A stretch of DNA of 64,000 nucleotides, taken from assembly GCA_964016885.1 (NCBI GenBank), contig OZ024740.1:101556001-101620000 (forward strand), written 5' to 3'. Positions 43,429-55,313 of the stretch are shown one piece after another. The translations under genes were made by a program, and so were the position numbers. Under the pieces are notes generated by a model. The model was not told where the DNA came from and ran no database searches. It was given only the letters and a program-made list of their open reading frames with translations. Position 1 is the stretch's first letter. The number at the start of each line of letters is the position of its first letter. This DNA is from Eledone cirrhosa (lineage: Eukaryota).

Positions 43429-44249
43429 ATATATATGTATATATACAAACATATATATACATACTCGCATACACACACATATACATATACATACTCACAC
43501 ACACACACACACATTTATGTATATCTGTATGTGTTTATATATATGGATAGACACAGAGACATGCAATGTTTAATTATGACTGTTATCTATAAAATGTCAT
43601 TACAATAAATATGAGTACATTATATGGAATAGTCTTCAAATTTATAACCTAAATGCAATAACCATGAAGATAACAATGTCTGCTATTCCACCTAGTGCCA
43701 ATCAAAGTGTAATATTTTAATAGCAGCATATAAACCTGAACACAAGCAATTTAAAGATACCCTGGTTAGATCCAAATTGATTTAGAAACATTTCTAATTT
43801 CATATTGTTAATATTTTAAAGGTGATACCCACCATTTATATGTCACTAAATTATGTTTTGTAATCTCTTTGGTGCCTTGTTAGAACTTATTATTATTGGT
43901 TTCTAGAGTAGTTGTTACATATATTTTTTTTCTTTAAGTTTTTGTTGATTTTCACTTCCTTGCATAAAATTCTTTGTTAAAACCGTTGTAAATAAGATGC
44001 CATACATTGCCCTCAGAAAATGTGACTCCATAATATGAGAGCTATTGAAGCAGAGTATATGTGAAAAGCTGATAACAGCCGAAGAAATATGGATGGCAAA
44101 TACTAACTATACAAGGGGTAATTCACCAGGTGTGGATGTCCTTCTCTATGTACTATATGCTTACATACCAGACTTGTTTGGTGACTTCTTAGCAGATGTC
44201 AACTACAATTGGAAACAGAATAGGAAAATTCACAGTTCTGTAAGCTGAG

Positions 44250-44660
44250 AAGCTGTGGCACTGCTGAGAAAGGACCTGAAAAAGAGGGACAATATTGATA
44301 ATTTTAGGCCTGTAATTTTGGCCAAGGTTTTAGCTATGAGGTTGACACTTGTTGTTGGTGGTCTTGAAGGGGAGGTGCAAACATGTGCCATCTCAAACAA
44401 CGGCCACCCATGTGATATATCATAGAGAGGTGGCTAAGGAACCTGGAAAGGGTGGGGCCCTGATCAGCTTTCATCAATCAAAAGCTTTCGATAGGGTCAG
44501 CCACAGTACCTGGTGGCAATCCTCAAGGCAGCTCTCAAAACCATTCAACATTATGTGTTATGTCCACCATGGTTGTCCACCATGGTTGTCCCCTCTCATC
44601 CCTTTTGTACTTATTGACTCTTGAACCACTACTACACAGATTGGAGACAATGAGGTGAGT
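44250..44660 (+). pseudogene. Decayed L1/Tx1-like RT fragment
   Basis: Across frames: VALLRKD..DNFRPV, AKVLAMRL, QTCAI, GALISFHQSKAFDRVSH and GCPL. Confidence 0.65.
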
Positions 44661-44999
44661 CCTATCACTATTTGTGATGAAAGCACACTTGAGTTAATAT
44701 TTAGAGCATCAGTTATGACAGTTACCCCCAGAATAAAAGGCCTCCTAACCCCACATGATCAAACAATTGCTTTTGCTTACAGTGTATTTTATTACACCTC
44801 TTTTAATTATTCTATGTAAATATTAGTAAAGTATTGATCGATTTTAAAACTTATTTCCTCATTTATTTTATGACATCTCTCACCTTTACTCTGGCTTTTA
44901 TAATTTATTTGTTCTACACCACATATCTTTGCAAACCCTCTTTGAACAAATTCATATATTGTATGTATGAATGATCTAATTGCCTTCAGTGACTAAATA

Positions 45000-45260
45000 A
45001 TGGTTTCTGAGTTAGGCAAGGGCAGCAATTTTGGGGGAGGGGAAAGTCGATTAGTTCGACCCCAGTGCATGACTAGTACTTAATTTCAGGGGAAAAGAAA
45101 GTCAACTCCAGTACTTGTCTGGTGCCATATTGTATCAACCCTAAAGGGATGAAAGATAAAGCTAACCTTGGTGAGATTTAAACTCAGAATGTAAAGGGAC
45201 ATAATTCTATGCCATGAAGCAGGGTGTCTGATGCTTTACTGGTACTACCAGCCAACCAGT
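45000..45260 (-). mobile_element. Second-family SINE copy (chimeric, see findings)
   Basis: Colinear with the 39150 copy, with an extra internal segment. Confidence 0.7.
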
Positions 45261-45609
45261 AAATTATGAGAAGATTAGAACTACAAATAATCTTGCTGTC
45301 TTGTGGGTGTAAGAAACAAAGTGGTATATGAGTCTCCTAATAGAAAGATTTGAGGGCAGTGTTTCCACTCATCAGTTTCTTGAAATGCCACTTGAGGAGG
45401 AAGTTAAAGGTAGATGGAGAGTGGGGCTGCTTTCCTATATAATTTATGAAAGGTGGGTGAGATTGGCAAATATGTTCTTGGCCAAATGAGCCCACCATAA
45501 TCACAAGATAGCAAGAACTAAGAGAAGGCATTTCTATGATAATCCAGGGTCATATTTAGGGTGCTCCATTTTATATTGAACTCTTTCTACATTTATACTA
45601 TATATACAT

Positions 45610-45820
45610 TAAGATGGAGATTGTGGCACAATCATGAGAATGTAGGACAAAATACTTTGAGGTATTTGTTCCAGTTCTTTAAGTTCTGAATTCAAATCCT
45701 ACCAAGGTCAACTTTGCCTTACATCCTTTTAGGGTTGATACAATATGGCACCAGACAAGTACTGGAGTTGGCTTTTTTTTCCCTTGAAATTACTTGCCTT
45801 GTGCATTAATCAGAAATCAT
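45610..45820 (+). mobile_element. Second-family SINE copy, inverted relative to 45000-45260
   Basis: gttctgaattcaaatcctaccaaggtcaactttgcctt..ccttgtgc..agaaa is the reverse complement of the family consensus seen elsewhere in the window. Confidence 0.7.
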
Positions 45821-46182
45821 TATAACCTATTTAGTAATGTGTCATTGTTTATTGTTGAAGCCATCCTTTTATTCACTGTTCCTTGTTGTTCTATGTATTT
45901 CACGCATGGAACCTTATGGGTTATAAAGGAAAATATTAATATATCATCATCATCAGTAGTAATAGAATGATCACTTTTATGTCATGTTTATTTTCAGTAT
46001 ATTTTTATCTTAATGTTTCATAGGCATTGTGATGATTATAGACAGTTTAATATTTGAATATCTTGCAATGCTTTCACAGATAAATAATCTTATCATAAAG
46101 AAAATGTTTAGTACCACAAGATATTGCTTTAATTGTTCAGACTTTCAGAAACCCACTCTGTATGTATGCATATATTTATATA

Positions 46183-46251
<69 letters not shown>

Positions 46252-46443
46252 AAGTGATATTATACTACTACTAAATATAAATAATCAGCTTTTGACATCT
46301 TTCCATGGTGGTATGTGTTAGATAGGTCATCACTGTCTACATCAGTTTTTATTTACAGTTACAGATCTCCTAGACAGGTCATAGAACCATGTTTTCGTTG
46401 TATTTGCCATATATATATATATAAAAGTAAGTATGCATACATG

Positions 46444-46474
<31 letters not shown>

Positions 46475-46496
46475 TTAAAAAAAAGTATGCATACGT

Positions 46497-46527
<31 letters not shown>

Positions 46528-46547
46528 CTCTATATATATATATGTAT

Positions 46548-46833
46548 ATATGGGTTATATCGAACATTAATAATAATGTACAATTCGTTTATAAACAAAC
46601 AAGCCTGATTAGAAGCTGTGTCATGCCGGTGACCAATCGTCACTTGTTTGCTCAACACTGGCTTTGAGGAACAATCAACATGTTTATGGGTCATTACCCT
46701 TCATCAGGACTGTATACCTCTCTGTCAATGTGTTGAACAGTTGAAAATATATAGTATTTTCTTAAGTTCATATTGGGCTCGTTTGTTTACAAATGAATCG
46801 AACGTTATTATTAATGATCGATATAACCCATAT
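46548..46833. mobile_element. 286-bp fold-back element with 58-bp imperfect inverted arms and an internal hammerhead-like motif, in (TA)/(CA) tracts
   Basis: Arms 46548-46605 and 46776-46833 match at 51/58 positions by eye. Confidence 0.75.
46671..46713 (-). ncRNA. Minimal hammerhead ribozyme motif with mutated GAAA box
   Basis: Minus strand reads ACAGTC-CTGATGA-agggtaatgaccc-aTAAA-catgtt-GATTGT, giving a 6-bp stem I, stem II gggt/accc and a palindromic stem III (acatgt). Confidence 0.6.
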
Positions 46834-46876
46834 GTACACACACACACACATATATATATATGTATATATATATGTA

Positions 46877-46915
<39 letters not shown>

Positions 46916-46968
46916 GTGTATATATATATATATATATATGTATAATATATATATATATATATATATTA

Positions 46969-47320
46969 CAATCGAAAGGTTGTGAGTTCAATTCTTGGAC
47001 CAGGTGATATGTTGTTTCCTCGAGCAAGACACTTTATTTCACATTGCTCCAGTTTACTCAGCTGTAGAAATGAGATGATAGGGACTGGGGTCCCTATCAT
47101 TCCACTAGAAAGTGGTCCTGGAGGTGCCATGGCAAAAAGCACCCACCACTACATGAGGTTGGTGTTAGGAAGGGCATCCAGCTGTAGAAATCAAGCCAGA
47201 ATCAGTTCCTATATGAGCAAGACAAGGTCAGCCGACCGGACACTAACCACAACAGAACAACCCGTCTAACCCATGCTAGCGTAGAAGAATGGACGTAAAA
47301 CGGTGATGATGATGATTATG
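46969..47320 (+). mobile_element. 5'-truncated tRNA/CORE-like SINE with RTE tail
   Basis: Colinear with 5498-5836. It retains the cctatatgagcaagacaa..acccgtctaacccatgctagcgt segment of the LINE 3' end and finishes in (GAT)n. Confidence 0.85.
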
Positions 47321-47326
47321 ATGGCA

Positions 47327-47390
<64 letters not shown>

Positions 47391-47397
<7 letters not shown>

Positions 47398-48373
47398 AAG
47401 TTAAATAAAAAGTCAAATGTTTAAAATTTAGCTTCGTTTATTGCTGCTATATATATTTCAGTGACAGCCATCTTTGGCTGTGACCTCTTCAGGCAGTCCG
47501 AATTAGTGTGGTATAGACAAGTACATATGTTGTTGAGGTGTATAATATTGTCAATACTCTGATATGCTCAGTTCCTGGTTGGGTTGTTATTTCACTGAGG
47601 AACTGGAATCATATGAATTCAAACAAACGAATTTCAGTGTCAAACGGCCTCTTCTCCTCTCATTGGTCAGTTGTTAGAACATTTCTCATTCTAAGTGTTG
47701 TTATTGTTGGAGTTAGCTTAAAAAATTGATAAAGTGGTAGAAGGGACAAGGTGTTAAAGGAACAAAATAACAAAAAAAAGTGTCAAACTTCCCATTGGTC
47801 AGTTCTGAGAGCATTCCTCAGTCAGAAGTCTATAGAATTCTTTCTGGGGTGAGGCTCCCTGTAGTGTTTGTGTTTGCTATTGTTAAGTACATTTGACCTC
47901 TACCATTATTTTGGTAGTGTTGTTGGTGTTGTTGTCAGCTTGTCTTGCTTTTGTTGACAATTTAGAAGTATCTGTGTGTTTTTTCTTCATCTCTCCAGCC
48001 ACCATCTCTCATAGTGGTGGTGGTTGTGGGGGGGGGGGGGTTCTTCCATGTATATGAAGAAATATAAGGCAATAAATGAAGAAAACAGAAAATAAATTAT
48101 ATAATTTGTATAATTTGAAAATAAATAATAAATAGAGAATAAAGAATAAAGAATATATGAAAAATTGGTGAAAAAGTAATGAAAATGAATATTGAGAAGT
48201 GAAAAATAAAATGAAGATTCAAATAAAGTAGGATAAAGTGTGTGTGTGCTATAACCAATCTCAAGGTCAGAAATATGTTGGATAGATTGGTATGAGGGAC
48301 AAGATGTTAAAATAAGATAATCAAACAAAATGTGTTTGTTTAATAATCAATCTCAACTTAAAAATAAATATAA
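47391..48373 (-). repeat. Left (sense, 3') pseudo-LTR, 983 bp
   Basis: Reverse complement of 50653-51637. The ORF track shows near-identical mirror ORFs (47987-48328 vs 50698-51039; 47538-47729 vs 51299-51490). Confidence 0.93.
47444..47496 (-). ncRNA. Minimal type I hammerhead ribozyme in the left pLTR
   Basis: CTGC-CTGAAGA-ggtcacagcca-aaga-tggctgtcact-GAAA-tatatata-GCAG has an intact core, stem I CTGC/GCAG, a long stem II and a palindromic stem III. AATAAA follows 1 nt downstream. Confidence 0.85.
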
Positions 48374-48685
48374 GGTGATACAGTGAAGAGGGCAGAAAAC
48401 AAATAACAAATTAATAAAGAGAAATCAGGATTTAAAATTGGGACTTGAAAGTCAGAAATCAAGTAAATTAAAATGTGGTTATGTTATATAGATGTTGGCC
48501 AAATTATAATGGCTGTGTCCGATTCAATCTCTAGGCTATCATGGTGTCTGCTCAGCCTGGGTTGTTCCCTATGGCTTGAGGGGAGTTCACGACCTAGGGT
48601 GTTGTTACTGCCCATATAGCTTGAGGGAGGTCTAGCTGAGAGGTGTTTACATGTTCAGTAGAAGTCCCTATAGCTTGAGGGGAGT

Positions 48686-50652
48686 TCACATCTTCTTGTG
48701 TTGTTGCTGTCCATATATCTTAAGGAAGGTCCCGGCTCTAAGGTGTCTGCATGTCCCGAAGAAGTCGGTTCTGAGGTTTATCAGGCCGCTTCCACCTCTT
48801 AGTATCTCGAGGGTCTCGTTCAGGCATAGTTTGCATATGCAAGATCCCCCTTTATCGGGTGGTACTTTCCTGATTATGTACCAGGCCAGAGAGTACGGGG
48901 TCCTGTCCAGCTTAAGCTTCCAGATCAGGTCGGAGAGAGCCGTGCTTTTCCTTTTGGCCTCCTTATTGAATGAATGGCGATGGTTGTACCAGCGGTCTTT
49001 AAAGCTCGTTGATGTGGCTCCTATGTAGAGGTATTCGGAGTTGGGGTTTTTAACCCTATAACCGTATACTAGGTTCTTCTTGAGGCATTCATTACCAAGG
49101 GGGCATGATTCGGGGTTTCTGCAGTTGCAGAGGGCGGTCGACCACTGCGTGCCTAGATTAGGATTCCCGTTATGTGTTACATGTTGGTCTTCCCCCAGGC
49201 ACGGTGGGGGGTCCCCGGGTCTGTTTGGGTTTCTTGGGTGGGCTCTGGGTCCCCCCTTCCCTCCTTTCACATGGTTCTGCTGAGTGTTTGTATTGCCATC
49301 TTCTGGTTGTGTGTGGTTTTTAAGCCTACTCCTGTTGATGCTAGCTATGTGTTGGGCCAGATTTCTCGTGGTGGAATACGAGAGCTTCACAGTGTGTCTG
49401 TTGAAGATCCTGTGGTATCTGTGGTCCCTCGGGAAGCATTTATCAAGTGCTCCAAAGAATGATCGGGCCAAGCTGTTCTTTAGGGCCGCTGAGTAGGGTG
49501 GGTTGTACCACGTGATTTTTCGGTGTCTCCTCCTATATGTGTGGGTTGGGGGCGTCGTGATTTGTTGGGTTGCTGGTGGTTTCCGCACTGTTGCTTCCCC
49601 TTTGGGCGCTATGCTTTTTGTTATCTTCACGGCCGGAATCTGTGGGGTGGTCGTTGCCCGCGCCGGGAAATCTATCGTGGGGTGGTCCCCCGTTTCCCCA
49701 CCCCCTACGTGTCCTGCGGTTGGGGTCGTCGGTCTTGGGGTGGTTAGCGTCACCCCTGAGACTGTTACTCATATTGTGTTTCGTCTCGTGGTTAAGCGTA
49801 CTAGTCACCACTGCCCGTGTGGTGGTGTCGGGCGCATGGTGCCTATTTGTTTCTGCTCTGTCTGTATTGTTAGGGTTCGCCCCCCCCCCCCCCGGGCAAC
49901 GCGGGTGTGGGTGTCTGTTGGGCTATCCCCATCCCGGCGTTTCGGACTATATGTTATATTTTGGCCATGTGCCGCCTTCTTTAGAGCTGCGCTGTAATAT
50001 TCCGCGTGGTTATTGAATATTTCCTTACTTGCGGACAGGCTGGAGATCCTGTCCGAGACACTCTTCACCACTGCCTTGGTTATGGATCTAGGGTGGTTTG
50101 ATTTGGCGTTAACATATACGAGTTTCTCGTTGTGCTTGTGGTAGGGGTAGTATTGTTCGGTGTTCAGGTTTAGGGTGGTGTCTAGGAAGTTAAATACCTT
50201 CCTATGTGGGTCTATTTCTATGCAGAGCCCCTGGTTCTTAAAGAAATGGCGAATACGTCTCCTCATTCCCTCCAACATATTGGTGCTGTGGTCATATACT
50301 GTGAATAGAGCATCGTCACGGTATAATCCGCCGCCCAGGCAGGGGATTTCATCTTTTATCTGCTTCAGCAGGTAGAGCCCAACCAGGTCCGTTACCTGTG
50401 CTGAGTCGCTGGAGCCCATCGTGATGTCAAAGTTATTTGGCCAATCACTCCTGGTCCAAAGGTCTCCATCGAAACGGATTAAGGTCTTTCTTGCGGCGTG
50501 GATGATGCTCACCTCCTCTCGGGTTAGGTCCGTATTGGACATCGCTAAAAATAGGGCCTTATTAAGTACTATGGGTGAGATTGAGGAGTAGTACTTGCGA
50601 TGTCCAGTTGTATAAAGCTGGTCCAACTTTTCTCATACAGTATTTTAAACCA
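48686..50652 (-). pseudogene. Penelope-like RT + GIY-YIG endonuclease ORF (disrupted)
   Basis: Motifs in order: WFK..SFIQLDIA/KYYSSIS (frameshifts near 50620 and 50596), FDITMGSSDSAQVTDLVGLYLL, GLYRDD, NFLDTTLNL, YVNAKSNHP, RKITWYNPPYS, IFNRHTVKLSYS, CNCRNPESCPLGNECLKKNLVY, YIGAT..FKDRWYNH, CKLCLNE. Two in-frame TGAs lie in the linker. Confidence 0.9.
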
Positions 50653-51637
50653 TTATATTTATTTTTAAGTTGAGATTGATTATTACACAAACACATTTTG
50701 TTTGATTATCTTATTTTAACATCTTGTCCCTCATACCAATCTATCCAACATATTTCTGACCTTGAGATTGGTTATAGCACACACACACTTTATCCTACTT
50801 TATTTGAATCTTCATTTTATTTTTCACTTCTCCATATTCATTTGCATTACTTTTTCACCAATTTTTCATATATTCTTTATTCTTTATTCTCTATTTATTA
50901 TTTATTTTCAAATTATACGAATTATATTATTTATTTTCTGTTTTCTTCATTTATTGCCTTATATTTCTTCATATACATGGACCCCCCCCCCCCCCCCCAC
51001 CAACACCACCACTATGAGAGATGGTGGCAGGAGAGATGAAGAAAAAACACACACAGATACTTCTAAATTGTCAACAAAAGCAAGACATAAGCTGACCACA
51101 ACACCAACAACACTACCAAAATAATGGTGAGGTCAAATGTACTTAACAATAGCAAACACAAACACTACAGGGAGGCTCACCCCAGAAAGAATTCTATAGA
51201 CTTCTGACTGAGGAATGCTCTCAGAACTGACCAATGGGAAGTTTGACACTTTTTTTGTTATTTTGTTCCTTTAACACCTTGTCCCTTCTACCACTTTATC
51301 AATTTTTTAAGCTAACTCCAACAATAACAACACTTAGAATGAGGAATGTTCTAACAACTGACCAATGAGAGGAGAAGAGGCCGTTTGACACTGAAATTCG
51401 TTTGTTTGAATTCATATGATTCCAGTTCCTCAGTGAAATAACAACCCAACCAGGAACTGGGCATATCAGAGTATTGACAATATTATACACCTCAACAACA
51501 TATGTACTTGTCTATACCACACTAATTCGGACTGCCTGAAGAGGTCACAGCCAAAGATGGCTGTCACTGAAATATATATAGCAGCAATAAACGAAGCTAA
51601 ATTTTAAACATTTGACTTTTTATTTAACTTTATTTTA
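50653..51637 (+). repeat. Right (inverted) pseudo-LTR, 985 bp
   Basis: It joins directly to the 5'-truncation point of the RT and mirrors 47391-48373. Confidence 0.93.
51532..51584 (+). ncRNA. Minimal type I hammerhead ribozyme in the right pLTR
   Basis: ctgcCTGAAGAggtcacagccaaagatggctgtcactGAAAtatatatagcag is identical to the left copy. Confidence 0.85.
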
Positions 51638-51727
51638 CATTACTCCGGAGTAACCAAACCAACCTGCGCACTTCGTCGAGTGCTCCAGTCTGCATACTTA
51701 GGTGTTGGTATACAACCAACATATACT

Positions 51728-51946
<219 letters not shown>

Positions 51947-51948
51947 AT

Positions 51949-52290
51949 GGAAGCACATGGCTTAGTGGTTAGAGCATTGGCCTTGCAATCGAAATGTTGT
52001 GAATTTAATTCTCAGACCGGGTGATGTGTTGTTTCCTTGAGCAAGACACTTTATTTCACGTTGCTCCAGTTTATTCAGCTGTAGAAATGAGATGATAGGG
52101 ACTGGGGTCCCTATCATTCCACTGCAAAGTGGTCGTGGAGGTGCCATTGAAAAAAAGCACCCAGCACTCACTGTAAATGAGGTTGGTGTTAGGAAGGGCA
52201 TCCAGCTGTAGAAATCAAGCCAGAATCAGTTCCCGTCCCACCTTTGCAAGCAGGGAAAAAGAAGACGTAAAATCAAATGATGATGATGAT
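51949..52290 (+). mobile_element. Full-length tRNA/CORE-like SINE with RTE tail
   Basis: Colinear with 5455-5836, with A-box TGGCTTAGTGG and a (GAT)n end. Confidence 0.85.
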
Positions 52291-52292
52291 GC

Positions 52293-52893
52293 CTGGTTAC
52301 CAGTTGGTGCTACTGGTAACATGTATCCCAGTACAACCTGTCTCATGGTCGGGTCGTTGGTGACTAAACTGACAACCCACCAAGGTTTTTTGGTGAAGAG
52401 AGTGACTTTGGACATCCTGCAGGACTAAAAACAAAACCTGTCAAAGGGCAAAGGAGCTCTTAAGAGTCAATGGCCATCCACAATCACCGGGAGAGATGAC
52501 CCCTTAGCCTTTCTCAAGGCAGAATTCTAGGAGAAGGAAGACTCTGATATAACACCTGCAACTCTGATGGTATCCAATGATGTTGACTTGTTCTTCTTTT
52601 TGGTAAATATCATCTTGGTTAAGAGAGTGGGACTGGCTTTGTGCAGTGCCTTTGCTCACTATTAAAGCTTCACGGCACAGGCATTGCTTTATATCTGGAG
52701 ATCTCTCTGCATTTGTCGTCACATGGTACGATGGGCCCAGCACTATGTGTCAATAATTGTCACAAGTGTAGTGTTTGTACCAGACTTTTCAAGTCGCTGG
52801 CTGGCCTAAAATGTCACACTCGTTCAGCGCATCGGTAGTTCTCCTAGATGGATATAAAGTAGTGGCCGTACTCGAAAACGAGTTGGCAGCCAC
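52293..52893 (+). mobile_element. Probable internally deleted RTE/BovB-like non-autonomous element (5' UTR-like part + C-terminal C2H2 finger)
   Basis: GC-richer 600-bp island. Its 3' part encodes [22 protein letters not shown], resembling the terminal zinc finger of BovB-type RTE ORFs, followed by a short UTR and (TA)n. Confidence 0.45.
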
Positions 52894-53228
<335 letters not shown>

Positions 53229-53729
53229 GAAAAGTGTAATTTTCTACACAAAACGAAGGTTATAGAGAAAATTGAGGTTGGTAATGGCACATGGAATATA
53301 TAAGAGACAGAATACTTTTTTGTGAAAAAACATAATTTTATAAGGTAAGGAAATAATAAAGGGTATAAAAAATGACCGGTTTCGATGGGTCTGCAAAAGC
53401 CATCTTTTCAAATGTTGATTAATATTAAGAAAAATTAATAATACGAAGAGTTAAAATTTGAGATTTGAAAATTCAAGTATAAAATTCATTGTGGGATTTC
53501 ATAGCAGTTTTCATCTAGGTAGCAACAACAGGTTGACTGCTGTGTCCCTTTCTGGTAGTGAATGAGAAGTTATTTGGGGTGTGGGTTATTTTATAAAGGT
53601 CAGATTTAGCAATCGCCAACTGGCCAGCTGCTGGTCAGTGAGGGGTGGAAGCAATATACATACACATATCTTCCTGTGGTGGATAGGAGAGTGGAGCGTG
53701 ATAGAAAGGGATTTAGTGCACTTACACCT

Positions 53730-53777
53730 ATATATACACACATACCTTCATCCACACATACATACATATACATATAC

Positions 53778-53816
<39 letters not shown>

Positions 53817-53889
53817 CACACATACATACACACACACATACATATACATACACACATACACACACACACATATATACACATACACACAC

Positions 53890-53928
<39 letters not shown>

Positions 53929-54300
53929 TATATATACATACACATACATCCAGATACACACATACATACACACACACACCCACACACCCACACATACATA
54001 CACACACACACACACATATATATACATACACACATACAAACATACACACACACACTCACATATATATACACATACACACACATATATATACACACACACA
54101 CACACGCATATATATATATATATACACATACGCATACATCCAGATACACACATACATACACACACACACACACACACGCACACACAATACATACATCCAC
54201 ATGCACACACATGCACACACACACACATATACACATACATACACCCACACACAGAGAAATGGCCTCCAAATATATATATATATACATACAGACACATATA
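53730..54300. repeat. Compound (CA)n/(TA)n microsatellite
   Basis: Direct reading of the sequence. Confidence 0.95.
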
Positions 54301-54583
54301 TTTTTTCCATAATATAAGAAGTTGGGATAGTGAAATTAAAATACAAGTCATTCTGATCACATTGAGTTCTTCATGTAGATTGGGCCACGCAACCGACAGT
54401 GGTGAATTCTGTGTGCGCATATATATATAGATATATGTGTGTGCACGTGCAGGGTTTAACATGGATGTGTTGGTCACACAAAGGCATGGTCTGTCAACGA
54501 ATAAACCTGATTCTACAGAATTGGTCTCTGGTCTTTAATAGTAGTGATTCCGTGCGTATGTGTGTTTATATTTTATGACAATT

Positions 54584-55007
54584 CTATTGGGGTGATAACC
54601 CGTTTAGTTTTGGTTTAAATTTGTTAAGGAATAGATTTTCTTTGTTTATTCTTTGTTGCTGTGTGAACGAATCTGAGCACTTGTAGAAGGGGAAGATTTT
54701 AAAGTTGGGTAGTGTCATTCCTGCGCAGTTCGCAATATGGCTGCTCAAGGGGATTTTTCTTGTGTTAGCGTCCCGGATTTGTTGGCGGTGGATGGTCATT
54801 CTTTTGCGTAATGAGGTGCCCGTCTGTCCTATGTAGTTGTGTTTGCACCCACCGCAAGTTATTGCGTAAATCAAGTTCTCCGAGTTGCAGGTGAAATTGT
54901 TTTTTACTGTAAATGTTTGGCCATCTTTGAATGTAAATGTTTGTCCTTCAGTGAGGTAGAGGCACGTTCCACAGTTTTTTCTACCACATTTGGTAACTGT
55001 AGGGTTG
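54584..55007 (-). pseudogene. GIY-YIG endonuclease fragment of a Neptune-like Penelope element
   Basis: The open frame reads [76 protein letters not shown], i.e. a Cys-rich linker plus GIY-YIG with the PLE CCHH signature. Confidence 0.85.
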
Positions 55008-55053
55008 ATATATATATATGTATGTATATATATGTATATATATATGTATATAT

Positions 55054-55087
<34 letters not shown>

Positions 55088-55152
55088 GTATATATATATA
55101 TGTATGTATATATATATATGTATATATATATGTATATATATATTTATGTATG

Positions 55153-55207
<55 letters not shown>

Positions 55208-55209
55208 AA

Positions 55210-55240
<31 letters not shown>

Positions 55241-55248
55241 TATGTATG

Positions 55249-55283
<35 letters not shown>

Positions 55284-55313
55284 TTATGTATATATATATA
55301 TGTATCTATCTAT
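55008..55313. repeat. (TA)n/(TATG)n microsatellite
   Basis: Direct reading of the sequence. Confidence 0.95.

Larger units (their letters stand above)
53229..55007 (-). mobile_element. 3' remnant of a second Penelope-like element (Neptune-like), containing an expanded microsatellite
   Basis: GIY-YIG coding fragment at 54584-55007 and a degenerate hammerhead at ~53370-53414 on the same strand (TTGAAAA-gatgg..ccatc-GAAA-ccggtc). Both ends are bounded by (TA)n. Confidence 0.6.

Noticed and set aside
51412-51468. SECIS element in the pLTR (ATGA followed by a stem-loop)
   Set aside because: The 3' side lacks a correctly placed GA for the non-Watson-Crick quartet. It folds as a plain hairpin.
47391-51637. 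DNA transposon with long TIRs, or an LTR retrotransposon
   Set aside because: The interior encodes a Penelope-type RT and GIY-YIG, not a transposase or integrase. The repeats are the element's own 3' region and contain hammerheads.
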